From assembly GCA_964016885.1 (NCBI GenBank), contig OZ024742.1, positions 205,530,001 to 205,594,000 on the forward strand: DNA of 64,000 nt, in the 5' to 3' direction. The position numbers and the translations under genes were made by a program. This DNA is from Eledone cirrhosa (taxonomy: Eukaryota). Positions 40,041 through 54,303 of this stretch are shown here, one piece after another. The first letter of the stretch is position 1. Every line of letters begins with the position of its first letter. The notes below the pieces were generated by a model. The model saw nothing but the letters and a program-made list of their open reading frames with translations. It did no database searches and was not told the DNA's origin.

Positions 40041-41269
40041 TTATAGGTTAGATATTGATTTCTACCATTGGCATAAGACCTATTTTATTTTTTTTATTTT
40101 GTTTGGTATGAGATCAAATACCTTCTATGGAAGGAGTAGAGCCAATTAAATTGATTTCATTACTGGCACATATTTTGATCCACCAGTAAGGAAATGCAAA
40201 GTCAACCCTGCTGGGATGTAAAATGATAGTTTTTTTTTAACTAGTTAGCCTAAAAAATAGGTATTCGGGGTCAATACTGTCAAGTATTTAGTCCACTGAT
40301 TTACTTCAAAGTAACTAACACAAAGCCTAACTCACAAGTACAACCCTCTAAAGAAACCTACTTTATTGAACTAAAAGTCGAACACGCCTCGCACCATTTA
40401 TTTGAACAAACATGTATATAAAAAAAAATCTGACATGCTAAAATAAGACATATAAAAGATTGTGAAAGGAAATGAAAATTTTAATATAAAGTTCGGAACG
40501 TCTCTTCTTATTGTGTTCTTTAAAAAAAAAAACCTTAATACCACAAATTTCTATTTTTCTTCTTTCTGATTTTAAGTTTGAGGTCCAACTCAACTTAGTT
40601 TATTTTTGTTTTATATTCATCCTTTAAAGTTATTGAAATAGTTGTGGTTTATAGTTTGTTGACCTCACAACAAGTCACTTAAACCCTGAATCTAATAAAT
40701 GTAATCATATTGAAATTTGACAATGTACAATCAGCTAAAGTGTTCCCTAAAATTAATGTGATTATTTACAATTTCCTAGAAATGATTCATATTTTCAAAA
40801 CAATTTTCATAGGATTTTATTTATTTATTCATTTTTTACAATTTATTCAACTAACTGTACACAAAGCTAGTATTTTCCATATTGAATTAAATTTTCAATA
40901 GCTGTCATAACTGAATGCAGATTTAATTTTAATGTGTTTTTCTATCAATAATATAAAGTAGTAGTGTTAAAATGTTCCCATCTTTTATCAGATAGCCTGC
41001 TAGCTAATATATAAAACTTAACTCTTTGACATTCTGGTCAACAATATAATATTTCAGTACTTTGCACAATTACAATACAGTTCCTATGATTTGATATGCT
41101 AGTCATGAAATCAATTACATTTTTATAGATTAATTTTAGCTTTGAAGTTTTGGTGGTGTTTTTTTTTGTTTTGTTTTTTGGTTTTGCATAATGAGCCCAT
41201 AAGAAATATGTTCCATCTTCATTGAAAAATACATTATCAACATTAAATTATCATTATTAGTAATATAAT

Positions 41270-41456
41270 TGTTTCTACTTTTGGCACAAGGCCAGCATTT
41301 ATCCAGTGCATTACTGGTAATTTATTTTATCAACCCCGTAAGGATGAAAGGCAAAGTTAACCTCGGCGGGATTTGAACTCAGAATGGCAAGGGCCGTAAC
41401 TCTATGCGTCAAAGCATGGCGTCCGACCCTCTACCGATACTGCCAATCCACTGCCC
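41270..41456 (-). mobile_element. SINE family 2 (Meta-domain-like) with 15-bp TSD
   Basis: TSD tattagtaatataat at 41255-41269 and 41457-41471; B box gagttcaaatc; ccgaggttaactttgcctttcatcct. Confidence 0.85.
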
Positions 41457-42487
41457 TATTAGTAATATAATGAAAACTTGCCATTTCTAATCACCTAAGA
41501 ATTTACCCTTTGCGTAATCTTAATTCAGTTTTAGAGTATTTCTACACAACAAAGTCAGAAAGCAAGTAAAATAATATAAATATATATAATTTTTCAAAAA
41601 GTAAACGAGTTTATTTCTCCAACCAAATTTTTTTTCCCCTTAATCAAATTTAATATCTAGTTCAGAAATGCTCAAACCTCTATCTACTGCTATGGAAAAT
41701 CTTTGTCAATTTAATGTTATTACTTTCTCTTTGTCCAACTAAATTCCATGTGATAGAAAGAATATGATAGAAAGAAAGCAAACAAAAGTGACAAATGTAC
41801 AAAAAACCTTTTTTTCACATTTTTCTGAAAAGAAAGCCGATGGAATTCAACTGCATTCATCCTCGCTATTGATTAAATTGCTTACAATCCTTTCTTAATT
41901 AGGAGAAATATTGATTTTTTTTCACCTCTACCTTCCTCCATACATTAAAGATTTCATTAAAACTGTCATCTTTGTGTCTAACTGTTTACTGCCCACTAAT
42001 ACTAATAAGAACAAATATAATGGAAGAGAATGAAGGGACGACTTTGTATGTGTGGCTGTGTCGTCTTTCAATATAATGAAACATTAGCTGTGTTGAAAAA
42101 TAGAAAGAAAAAATCAATGTAATTGTATTCTAAGTATTAAAATATAATACATTTTTTAAAAACTTCTTTATTGTTATCTTTGGAATGTTAAATCAATTTC
42201 TTTAAATGGTTTAAATATATAGCTACCCTTTTCTCTTTGTTTTTATAACTTCTGAATACACAATACACTGTATATTTGAAATGGTTTTATTCAATATATC
42301 TGACTTGTCTCACTTATCGAACCCATGCTAGCATGGAAAATGGAAGTTAAATGGCAATGATCTAATTTATCAATGTTTCTAGTGAACATTTATCAAGATA
42401 TCTTTGGAATAAAATAAAGATTAATAAAACACAAAGGAATGCAATTCCTAACTCGTTTGATTCTGTTGGAGAATTTTAATTAACTAT

Positions 42488-42695
42488 TTCTAATTTAGGT
42501 ACAAGGCCAACAATTTGTGGAGAGGAGAAAGTTGATTACATCAACCCCAGTTCGTGACTGGCACTTTATTTTATCAACCTCGAAAGGATGAAAGTTAACC
42601 TCAGTAGGATTTGATCTCATAATGTAAAGGGCTGTAACTAAAATGTTTCTAAACATTTTGTTTGATGCGCTAATGATTCTGCCAACCCACTGCAC
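42488..42695 (-). mobile_element. Diverged SINE family 2 copy
   Basis: tttattttatcaacctcgaaaggatgaaagttaacctc matches the family core. Confidence 0.7.
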
Positions 42696-43099
42696 TATTC
42701 TAATTAGCAAAACCATTTTAGGTTTGCTAACAAAGATTTTATCATCTGGCATAAGAACCAGAGCATAGTCTGAAAAATTCAATTATATTTTCAATTGCCT
42801 ACAAACCCGAATCTCAGCAGGGAAGCCAAAATATTGCTTTAAAAGAAATGGAAGTTACAATCATGGCATAGGAAAGCTTGCATAGTTTAGATTTTATTAT
42901 ATCTGGCAAAGGCAATAATTTAATCTAACTGTTCAATACAAATTAATGAGTACATTGTAAAATGCCATAAATTTTCATCTTGATAATCTAATTAATATAA
43001 TTTTATACATGTACGTATGGGTGTATGTGAGTGTACACATGTATATATGTATATATGAATATGTGTGTGTTTATATATATATATATGAATAAAGATTAA

Positions 43100-44500
43100 C
43101 CCTTTAGTGTTCAAACTGCCCGAAATTATTTCCCCTTCATTTGTTCAAACTGCCCGAAAACACCCACACTAAAAAAATTGTTCTAAAAATAAACAAACCA
43201 CCATCAAAATCTCGTCAATTTGAGACTGCTGCGAGATTAGGCCCTTACTGCGAAAATAACACTTAATATAGTGGAACAACTTAAAACAACAAGTGTTTTT
43301 TTAACTTTGAAAGTGCAACACATTTTTTTTTTGTATCAACATGGCTTATGAAAGTAGCGATACCGACTTTGAAGGTTTTACACACGACAACATTCAGAAT
43401 AAACAAGAAACAAACGATAATATTAGTAATTTATCTTCAAATGAATCTGATGTTTATATTTCTGAAATTTCATCCGACGATGATTGTTGTTTTGAAAGTG
43501 AAAACGAAGGAGACTCCAGGGCGCCATTGAAAATATTACAGCAACGTGGTTGAAAAATACCACACCAATATATGTTACCAATTTTATTCAAATTACTGGT
43601 CCACAACACACATTAGCTCCCGATGCTAAAGCACTGGATTATTTCTTTTTGTTTTTACCACAAACTTCGAAGTTGTGGCAGAAGAGATTAATTGATATTC
43701 CCAACAACAGATTTCAAAACCCTATCTGTTTGGCGACCTACAGATGCTGCGGAAATGCAAGCATTTTTTACCGTAAATATTATGTTCGGTATAAAACAAT
43801 TTGCAAGACTGTGGAATTACTGGAACACCGATATAAGGTTTAGTGATTCTTATATATCAAGTATTATGCCGAAAACAACGTATTTAAAATTAAACCAGTT
43901 GCACCTGGTTGATACTTCAAATGCCCCTATTAATTAATTTCACCTGCCCATAAAAGTCAAATTTGACCAAAAAAAATCAGGTAATATTCTATAATTGTAA
44001 ATTATTGATATTTAAACATCTACTGACAAAATTTCTGCATAGAAAATTAAGAAAATTACAAACAAATAAAATTGATAACCCTCTTGAGTATGATTAACTG
44101 AAAATAATGAAGGCGCATGGCTTAGTGGTTAGAGCATTGCCCTTGCAATCGAAAGGTTGTGAGTTCAATTCTCAGACCGGGTGATGTGTTGTGTCCTTGA
44201 GCAAGACACTTTATTTCACATTGCTCCAGTTTACTCAGCTGTAGAAATGAGATGATAGTGACTGGGGTCCCTATCATTCCACTGCAAAGTGGACGTAGGC
44301 GCCACGGAAAAAAAGCACCCAGCACTCACTGTAAATGAGGTTGGTGTTAGGAAGGGCATCCAGCTGTAGAAATCAAGCCAGAATCAGTTCCCGTCCCACC
44401 CTTGCAAGCAGGGAAAAAGCGGACGTAAATGATGATGATGATGATGATGAATGCGAACAGATAAGCATGACGTTTGAAAATTAATGCAAATGCTAAAGGG
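43100..44500 (+). mobile_element. Internally deleted piggyBac transposon with a SINE inserted
   Basis: TTAA at 43096-99 and 44501-04; ccctttag..ctaaaggg termini; transposase N-terminal remnants (MAYESSDTDFEGF; ALDYFFLF; WRPTDAAEMQAF..NYW..MPK..LHLVD). Confidence 0.85.
44110..44450 (+). mobile_element. tRNA-derived SINE family 1, full-length
   Basis: Near-identical to 27686-28037; (GAT)n tail. Confidence 0.9.
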
Positions 44501-45824
44501 TTAAGAAACAATTCTGTGATACAGCTCAAGTATATTAGTAATACTTTGTTTTATTGATTCAAGAGAAATGAGATAAGCATAAATCCAACAGTGAAACACT
44601 AAACTAGATATTCTGAAATATACATATATGTAAAAAAGATGAGATTGATGTTTTGGTGAATGATCTTGCTTGGATTGTAAAGATCTCTCCATTTCTCCTC
44701 GCCCTAGCAAACTAATATATTTTCCTTTGTAAAGTTTTTGTACATACTATTTGTAGGCATAGATAGACCTCCCAGATGGGTTAAGGGCCTGCATTTCACT
44801 TACATATATTATCACACTCTACCAGGTGCTTAGGCAAAATGTTGCCATGTTCTACCAAGTGGATTTTATCAGAGCATCAGCACTAGAGAGGCTGTTGTTG
44901 AAACAACTGAAGAGTCTTCCCAACCTTATGTTTGGCAGGTTTTCTAAGCTAGATACTCTTCCTATCAAAAACACTAGGAAAGTTGTCATATCTTTAATAG
45001 TTAAAGAGTCCTCTTGAACCTTTGCTTAGCAAGCTTTCTACAGCTAGATACCCTTCCTATCACCAATGACTTTACAGAGTGTACTGAGAGTATTTGTGTA
45101 AATCACCAACACTAGGAAGATTGTCATGCCTCTTACACGGCTGAAAAGTCCTCCCAACCCTTTGTTGGCAAGTTTTCTATGTATACATTTCTACCTACAC
45201 ACACACACATGCAATCACTAACCCCTATAGCCTCTGCTATCTCACCATGTTTACTTTTTTTAGACAAGTACTGCAACACCAAAAGTAAATGTGGTGAGAA
45301 TGGAGACTACAGTGATTGGCAATCAAATAGACAATAAAGGGGGTTTAAGAAGACTCTTTTGTCTGAACAACCAAGTAATAACCTCATGATAAAATACATC
45401 CAGTACACTTTGTAATGTATTAGTATTGGTTCCACAATAAAATGCATCTAGTTCACTCTATAAAATGGTAGTGCTGGTGCTATGAAAAAACAAACCCAGT
45501 ACATTATTTAAGGTGAGTGTCATGGCGTTAGGAAGGGCATCCAGCATAGAGACCAAGCCAAAATGAAATCATTCCAACTTATGTCCCCATGGAGAGCGAA
45601 TGTAAAATAATGTCCCTTTCACACACATATACAATACACACTGACACATATATGGATATTCAGGCATAATTTTGCTATTGTACCGTCTCCTTTGCATCAC
45701 CCCCAGTGGCTTGTTACTCCTGATTCTGGAAAATGGTCGCAATTCTGTACTACATGTTGAAGTTCCAATAATCTATTCATGAACAGCTAATGAAGGAGCA
45801 TCTGCTTTGTTTCTATCCTGTTTC

Positions 45825-46475
45825 ATTTATCTCGATAGATACCAATCTTGTTGAAGTTGACAACAGATTGGCAAAGTCAAAGAGTGCATTTGGTAAGCTG
45901 TACAAAAAAAAAAAAAATCGAGAACAACAGACATCTATATACAAATTTGAGCGACTTCCGTTCGTCTTTCCGTCACACACTAGAGATGACCGAGGAAGGA
46001 AGAGATGATGATGTCACGAACTAGAGATGATTGAGGAAGGAAGAGGTGATGACAAACTACAGAAAACAGCATCAAACATTCACTGACGCAGGCTGCTACC
46101 AGTTGTTATGACTACCTTATACTATTCCTCTCTCTTTAGATGCAGGCTGCTACCACACATACACATACATGTCAGCATGTTGAAAAAAATCCTAGTCTGA
46201 GAAAAAGCAGGAAGATTAGCATGACCACCTTCTTGCATGGCTGTGAGTTGTGCGTTACTACCGCCATCTCTGATAACTTAAGCACTTCCACCAGTGCTGC
46301 CTTCGCACTATCTTCAACATCTGTTGGAACTATTTCTTTTACCAACATTAAAGTCCATGAACAGCAAGAGGTTACCAATATCAAGACCATGCTGTTAAAG
46401 ATGCAGCTGTGCTGGAGACAGCATATTTCCTGGATCGAGATTTGTTGCCTGTCCAAGACTGTACTATACGGGTGA
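45825..46475 (+). mobile_element. Decayed RTE/BovB-like C-terminal fragments
   Basis: EVDNRLAKSKSAFGKL; TTFLHGCE; TMLLKMQLCWRQHISW..SKTVLYG. Confidence 0.65.
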
Positions 46476-46614
46476 CTAAACATGTTATTTTTCTGTTTCT
46501 TCCTCTTCTTCCTCTTGTCAATCCAATCTTTCTATTTCTTCTTCTATCTCTCATTTTATCTTCCAATGAAAAACTAACATATGAAATGTTAAGACTGTTT
46601 CCTTACTATATTAA

Positions 46615-47062
46615 CCCTTTCATGATTGCATTTCTAATTAAATACACTATTTTAATTAATTAACCCTTTAGCATTCACATTATTTTATATATACTCTTAT
46701 ATTTTCATGGTAAAGGCTTTACCTCACATAATTATCTCACATAATATCGAATCTATGAGATTTTGAAAGTATTTATTTTGAGAACAATACTTTAACATCA
46801 GTTTGAGCAACCAGTTACAGCCAGTTTCAACAGAAAGTGGTAGAGAATTCTGGCCGGTTTGAACACTAAAGGGTTAATGAAGAATTTTGAGGGATTTACT
46901 AAAATTATTAATTACTACATTAGTAAGATAGTAACTTAATGTAAGGTTCTTATATAAAATTATGTTGGAAGATTTTAATTTAAATTGGAAACATTTAAAA
47001 TGGGTTGTTTTATTTCATAGAACCAGAGCCAGTTTGGGCTAAGTGTGTGTGTAACTAAAGGG
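46615..47062. mobile_element. Outer piggyBac-like MITE
   Basis: ttaa-cccttt at 46611-46620 and aaaggg-ttag at ~47057-47066. Confidence 0.55.
46664..46873 (-). mobile_element. piggyBac-type MITE sharing both termini with 43100-44500
   Basis: TTAA at 46660-63 and 46874-77; ends ccctttagcatt and gtttgaacactaaaggg. Confidence 0.8.
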
Positions 47063-47527
47063 TTAGGAATATATCACCGTTGTATTGTTCTTCCATGTTT
47101 TTTCCCTTGTTGACATTTCACATACATATGTACATCAACATATGCAAATATAAAAGCATACACACATACACACATATATACTTGCCAAAATTCTTTCATC
47201 AAAATTCATCATATTAATCTGTTTAACCTGTGATGTTTCTCATCTTTCTTTCTGATAATTAATTTTTATGGATTCAAATTATGTCAACATTATTATGTTT
47301 TTGTTTTTTCTTTCTTCCAATTTTAGAAATAGATAGATGTTGAAGTTAAGCATGACTAGGTTCTCCAGACATATTCTATTAAAATCTAACATATTTCAAA
47401 CAGTCTAACAGATTTTCTCAGTTGTGGTACAAGCTGAATTATAGCTTTTAAGATTCACATTACCTTTAATTTAAAAATACATCATGCAATCCTAATATCA
47501 ATATATAAGTTGTTAACTTCTACTTAC

Positions 47528-47633
47528 CGACCGTTTCTTGGCCCCACAGTTCCTTTATCATAGGAAGAACTGGCAACAATTGCAGAATCTGGTATTTCCA
47601 TTGTCTGCATACCTAATGCATCACGGCATTTTT
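47528..47633 (-). CDS. DDR: Internal exon encoding the start of a discoidin (F5/8 type C) domain, discoidin domain receptor-like
   Basis: Minus strand tttatttcAG|AA AAA TGC..GGT CG|GTAAGT; translates KCRDALGMQTMEIPDSAIVASSSYDKGTVGPRNGR, resembling the DDR N-terminal C..ALGM....IPD..I.ASS motif; other F5/8C proteins not excluded. Confidence 0.75.
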
Positions 47634-47789
47634 CTGAAATAAATGAATAAATAAATAAGTTGAAGAAATGAAAACTTTACAAAGTATATTTTTATATATG
47701 TAGAAACAATAAATATATGTGTAAACAAATGTTCAGTTAGGTTTTTTTGTTCATTTGGAAATAAACAAACAGGACCGAGACCTCTGGCA

Positions 47790-48131
47790 TTACGCAGTAA
47801 TACAGAAGACCTGACTTCCCATGGGTACAAGCCGAAGCATATAGAAAATATGCCCCACCCTCTTCCACTGCAAAGTGGTCGTGGGGGTGTCACGACAAAA
47901 AAGCACCCAGTCCACACTGTAAAGTGGTCGGGTAGGTGCAACGGTAAAAAAGCCCTCAGTACTCACTGTAAATGAGGTTGGGGTTAGGAAGGGCACCCAG
48001 CTGTAAAAATCACGCCAAAATCAGTTCCTGTATGAGCAAGACATGGTCACCAGACCTGGAATTGCCCATAACACAACAGGACAACCCGTCTAACCTGTTA
48101 GTGTGGAAGAATGGACGTAAAATGATGATGA
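47790..48131 (+). mobile_element. RTE 3' UTR fragment with (GAT)n tail
   Basis: gtgtcacgacaaaaaagcacccag..ttaggaagggca..ggacgtaaaatgatgatga. Confidence 0.75.
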
Positions 48132-48134
48132 CAG

Positions 48135-49990
48135 AGGACAAAAAGAAATCCACCACCACCTCATTCACCGCGGTTTCCGCCTCAAGTTTCACCCCACCTC
48201 TTACTCTGCTACCACCACTGAGCCCATCCTTACTCGCTCCTCTCACCAGCTCATGTGGGCAATCATTCGATCAACTTTCGCCCAAATCTGTTCTCTTGAC
48301 AGAGATCTCCCCAAAGCCTACCTCCATCTCTCCTCCACTTGCCACCCTTTCCTCGCCCAATCCCTTATCCAATTCATCCTTTACTTCAATCGCCTTCTTA
48401 AAAAAAAATCATAAACTCGACTCTCCGCCTGCCATCACCACCCATACTCATATCACCTCCAACCCAAACCCCTCTATCCTATCACCTACCACTGAATCTG
48501 CACACGCTTTGCCCTACCACCTTGACCCCTCTGCCTCTTTCATTCCATCACGTCCCTGCACTGTAGTCACCATACCCCAGGACCTACCACTCTCTGAAGC
48601 TGAGCGCTCCCTCCACGCCCGTGGTTTGCGTTTTATACCAACCGCATCTACCTACGACGAGTTCCACACACGTGCTGAGATTGAAGGGTTCTTCCGTCGA
48701 TTAAAGCTGAAAGCTTTTTTTCACGACACGCCATCATCAACACAGATGGATGATTTTACTCATCTCAATTGCCAGCAATCACATTGGACGCCGAGCTCTG
48801 GCCAGTTCAGCACCCTCGACTCCTTTGTCGATACTTGTCGGCTTACTGTGAATCGGTTCCATTTCCACCAGCATTCTCGTTGTTCTAACATCACGCGAAC
48901 TGAGCTCTTCGCAACCTTCAGTGCCGCGATGACATTGTCATCAAACCCGCCGACAAAGGTGGTGCTGTGGTGGTTTGGAGTGCTGACCTCTATAGGGCTG
49001 AGGCTCTCCGCCAGCTTCACAATACCCTTTTTTTACCGCCCTTTATCCTCCGAACCCACTCCTGGCTACCAATAACTCGTGTCCTTCACCATCCATGAGC
49101 TCATCTCCTCCTCTCACCTACCCCCCACAGCCAACAACCTTATTGTACACGCCCCTCGCACACCCACCATCTACTTCCTCCCCAAAATACACAAACAAAA
49201 TAATCCTGGCCATCCTATCGTTTCTGCGTGCAACTGGACAAACAGGACACCATATGGTGGACCATTTTGCCGAACATTTGAGGGACATTAGACTCGGTTT
49301 AGATACTCCTGTCACCCGTTATTTCTGCTCTCCTGGTCATTCTTCCCTACATATTTCAGTCCTGGGTGTCCTTTTGCATCATGGATCACAGGCCTTGCGC
49401 ACCAGGCCTGAACAAAGTCTGATTCACCGCCTTGTGCCCTATTCCCCTCTTGGACTCAACTCACCTCCCTAATTTCTCTAATACCCCATCCATTATCACA
49501 CCCCTAGATTCCTATTGGTTTCTCTTGATCATTAGCAACTTTTCTTACAGCTAATACATGCCGATACACACCCTTATATTTACATACTTTTGCTCATAGC
49601 TTCGTACTTACATGTACACACACTCTTTTACTCACATATACACACACATTTCTTCTTAGCTTCGTATGGATCTATAACACACACACAAACATGATTACGC
49701 ACGTACTCAAGTATAGCGCTTTTTACAAAACAGTTTTTTTCCATTCATCATCCATTTTTCTAAAAAACAAATCATACTCAAAACGCCAGCACCAACAGTT
49801 TCGCAAGAGATGTCAACATGAATGGACCTGTTATTTTTATCTAAAGACATTTTTTCCAATTCCATCCCCTCAATCTATTTTATTTCTCATTCTTTCTTCT
49901 GATGAAGGACTAGCGTCCGAAACGTTAAGACCCTCTTCCTGCTATATCAAACGTTAACCTAATATATACCTTCCATATACTGTACCGACC
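48135..49990 (+). mobile_element. Internally deleted Penelope-like element (Neptune-type) with 3' hammerhead
   Basis: LSEAERSL..RGLRFIPT, FFRRLKLKAFF, frameshifted IKPADKGGAVVV, YFLPKIHK..PGHPIVS; GIY-YIG tail TGQTG..FAEH..EQSLIHRL..PLGLN; most of RT deleted at ~49232. Confidence 0.88.
49895..49930 (+). ncRNA. Minimal PLE-type hammerhead ribozyme
   Basis: tctt-CTGATGA-a-ggac-tagc-gtcc-GAA-ACGT-T-aaga. Confidence 0.85.
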
Positions 49991-50046
49991 GTGTTGGTGG
50001 GAGGGGGGAGTAGGGGAGGGGGGAGGGGGTGTATATTGGTTAAGAG

Positions 50047-52193
50047 TACCGACACTGATAAGAAGGTAGCTTGGAAGTGTCACTATGAAAGGCTACTAAA
50101 TGAGGAGAATAAATGGGAGAAAGACAGTCTCCCCCATATCGACCCAATAGAGGGACCAGCAGTGTTAGTCGAGGGGAGTATAATAAGTAAGGCAATCAAG
50201 GATATGAAGACGGGTAAGGCGGCTGGGCCTTCGGAAATAGTTGCTGAGATGCTGAAGGCATCTGGCACGGTGGGACACACCATGGTCACCCGCATAGTTA
50301 ACCAAGTCGTACAGAATGGGGTTGTTCCGAAGGACTGGCATAGCAGCATCATCGTTAACTGTTATAAGGGTAAAGGAGACGCCCTAGATAGGAGTAACTA
50401 TAGAGGCATTAAATTAATCGACCAGATCATGAAGGTCACGGAAAAAGTAATAGCGCAACTAATCAGAGAGAGAATTGACCTAGATGAAATGCAGTTCGGG
50501 TTTGTGTCAGGCAAAAGCACCACAGACGCTCTTTTCATAGTACGACAACTACAGGAGAAGTACCTAGCTAAAGGTAAACCCCTCTACTTAGCTTTTGTCG
50601 ACCTGGAGAAAGCCTTCGACAGAGTCCCCCGCTCCATTATCTGGTGGGCTCTTAGAAAACTAGGCGTTGACGAATGGCTTGTGAGGGCTATACAAGCCAT
50701 GTATAAAGAAACAGTCAGCAAGGTTAGAATTAACAACGAATATAGTGAAGAGTTTAGCGTAAAAGTTGGCGTCCATCAGGGCTCTGTTCTCAGCCCCCTA
50801 CTATTTATTATTGCCCTTCAGGCTATAATAGAGGAGTTCAAGACAGGCTGCCCATGGGAACTCCTATACACAGACGACCTGACACTCATAGCGGAATCAA
50901 TGGCCGAGCTAGAGAAGAAATTCCAAACATGGAAGCACGGCCTAGAGTCAAAAGGACTTAAAATTAACCTGGCTAAGACCAAAGTTCTAGTTTGTAGGAA
51001 AGAAAACAAGGCGGCGGTCCCTTCTGGGAAATGGTCGTGCTCGGTGTGTAGGAAAGGCGTAGGTAGAAACTCCATTTTATGTCCTAAATGCAAAGTATGG
51101 GTGCATAAAAGATGTAGTGGGATCACAGGTAAGCTAACTAAGAATATAGATTTTACATGTGGCCGGTGTTCTGGTGCAATAAGTAGCAGCAAGTGCCCAC
51201 AAAATACTAGCTCTTTCAATTGCGCAGAGGGTTCTATAGAAATAGTGGACAGCTTCCGTTACCTGGGCGATAAAATCAGCAGTGGGGGAGGGTGCTCTGA
51301 AAGTACTGTAGCTAGAGTCAGAACTGGTTGGAAAAAGTTCAGAGAGCTTATACCACTATTAGCTGCTAAAGGGTTCTCCCTAAAAATGAAAGGCAGGTTG
51401 TACGATGCCTGCATATGAACAGCAATGTTGCATGGCAGTGAGACCTGGGCATTGTGTGCAGAGGATATACGCAGACTAGAGAGGAACGAAGCTTGCATGC
51501 TCCGCTGGATGTGTAACAGTAATATACGTGAACGGCAAAGCATAAACGAACTAAGGAAAAAATTAGAGATAAGAGGGATCAGATGTTGTTTACTCGAGAG
51601 AAGGCTACGTTGGTATGGACACGTGATGCGCATGAAAGTCGATAGCTGTATAACAAAGTGCAGGGCAATAAAGATAGACGGTAGCCACGGAATAGGCAGA
51701 CCTAGAAAAACCTGGGACGAGCTGATAAACTCCGACCTCACACACTTACACCTCTCCAAGACAATGTCACTGGACCGAGACCTTTGGCGGTACTCAGTAA
51801 CAGAGAAGACCCGCCTTGCCAGTAGGCATCTCTAACAAAATACACCCCGTCCCGCCACCACCCCCACCCCATCCACACCACCCCGTTCTATGCAAAGTTA
51901 TGTTGGTGCCGCGCTATCCAGGCCGAAACAAATGAGATCGTGTAGGTGTCACGACAAAAAAACACACAGTCCACGCTGTAATGTGGCCGTGTAGGCAACA
52001 CGGTAAAAACCTCCCAGACCCACACTGTAAATGTGGTTGGTGTTAGGAAGGGCATCCAACTGTAGAAAACCTGCCAGACAGTCCTATGCGAGCAAGACAA
52101 TCACTCTTGCCTCAAGTGGGACTACCCCCGTCCAAACCCATGCAAGCGTGGAACACGGACGTTAAACGTTGATGATGATGATGATGATGATGA
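50047..52193 (+). mobile_element. 5'-truncated RTE family A; YTDD and a CGA>TGA stop; (GAT)n tail
   Basis: ORFs 49991-51418 and 51425-51835. Confidence 0.94.
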
Positions 52194-52313
52194 TATTTAT
52201 TAAAATAACAAATTAAAGTTTAAGCAAAGAAACGCTGCTTTCACCCTTAACGGGGCTATGGTTTTTATATATATATCGAGCCCTCTTTCGATTTTAGTCT
52301 TCACATTTATTAT

Positions 52314-52357
<44 letters not shown>

Positions 52358-53794
52358 AAGTAAACGAGATATTGTTTAAGGTAATCCAAGTAGAGAGTAC
52401 GAGTAATCTGTACCGTGGAGGATTTTAATGTGCGGTGTTGATACAACAAGATGTTTACTTAGTTGTGGCGTTCGGATGGCTGATTTCAGACAGTTCCTGG
52501 AGTATTAATAACAAAGGAGCGAAGAATAACACGGATAAGCTATACAGTAGGGTTTATTCCTACTATTAACATGTGTTTCATTGACTAGTACGTGATTGAA
52601 TGCGTCTTAAAATCGCTATCTGCAATGATGTTGTGACACTCAATTTCAAATACTGCTTATACCAGTCAAATCATCAAAATACTGATTTTGGATCTGGCAA
52701 TAAGGTATTTATTTATACTGAGGTCTACAGGCATTAATATGAGAAAAACAACAAGATGAAATAAGAAGTAATAAAATGAAATAAAATAAAATTAAAATAT
52801 AAATATATAAATGTAGATATACAGACATTAAGATGAAATATAATAGGATGAGAAACAATACAATAAATAAAATACAGTAAAATAAAACAGAATATAAATG
52901 TAGGGATTTATATGTCTGATGGGTAATAAAGATGAAGGGGTAAGATAGTAGAAGTGTAGAATGAAAATAATAATAATAATGATTTCATTTATTGGCCACA
53001 AGGGCTGACGTGTTGGGTACAATACAAAGATAATAATAATAAATGATTGATATTATATGTGAGGGTAAGAGAATTGAAGAGGTGTTTGTATTGATAAAGA
53101 ATTTGTATTTATTGGAGGTGTGTCCTTAGAATGCCAGCTTCTCTTCAGTATGTTCCTTGCATTTGATTGGTTAGTAGTATGTCCTTTGAAATCTTTGGGC
53201 AGCGGATTTATGTTTTTAAGTATTTCGCTTATTTTTGGTTTATTGCTGTTAGCGATAGATAAATGGCTATGTTTGCAAGATAAGGTATGGTAGATTTGTG
53301 ATGTGGTGTCCTTTTATGGTGATAAGAGAGGTGTTTAAAGTTCTATAACACTTGGGAATTATAATGTTCATACAAACAGTTAGGTTATTGGATCGAATCC
53401 TGCTTATTTTGGTTTGTAGATTATGAATGTGTTGGTGAATTTATGCCTACAGTAAAATGTCCATTTAATTTTGTTATTTAGTAATTTGTTATTGTATTGT
53501 AAAATATGGAGTAATTCCATATCACATAATTTGCATTAGAACATCCTGTGTGTGTAAGCCCTGACATTAGATAATTTAGGCCAGCTTATTTTGTTTTCTT
53601 GTTTGTTGTCTGCAAGCTGCCAGATTTTATTAGCTAGCGTCGCCATGTTTCTGAGCTTGCAGTTTTTAATCGAATACCTACGCACATACCATCGTTTCTT
53701 GAATACTTTAGCTGTAGATTTTTTTTTTTTTTTAAATTCAGCCACACAGACTATAATGGAGAACCAACACACAGGAAGGCCACTAAGTATAACT

Positions 53795-53900
53795 GCCACC
53801 TACCAGATAAATGCCCACTGCAGAACAAATGCCTTGAAACCAATGTAGTGTATCGATGTATTATAAAATCAGGCAACCAGGAAGGGTATTACCGAAAATA
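53795..53900 (+). mobile_element. Naiad-type GIY-YIG N-terminal fragment
   Basis: KYNCHLPDKCPLQNKCLETNVVYRCIIK. Confidence 0.7.
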
Positions 53901-54213
53901 TAACCACAAATCAAACAGAGGGTGGGTGGGAGAGGGAGAAAGAGTCAAAGTGTGAGATGAGAAATGAGAGAGTTATAGAGAAAGAGAAGAGGAGAAAATG
54001 GGGATGAAAACATTGGAGCAGGACTTATGGAGAAAAACAGAGATGGATAGAAAGATGGAGAATAGACTAACAAGAAAAAGGAACTTAGCATTATTAGAAT
54101 CGTCATCTTCCCACAATACTGTAACAAGTTTCTCGTGTGAGGGATGGATTATGTCTAGAAATATTGACCGCACAACAGGAATCAAATCTGTTGTTCAAAT
54201 GCTAGAATAGAGG

Positions 54214-54216
<3 letters not shown>

Positions 54217-54286
<70 letters not shown>

Positions 54287-54303
54287 AAGAGAGAGAGAGA
54301 GAG
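54217..54303. repeat. (GA)n microsatellite
   Basis: Direct reading. Confidence 0.95.

Noticed and set aside
51416-51418. In-frame TGA as recoded selenocysteine
   Set aside because: Other copies have CGA (Arg); ordinary CpG decay
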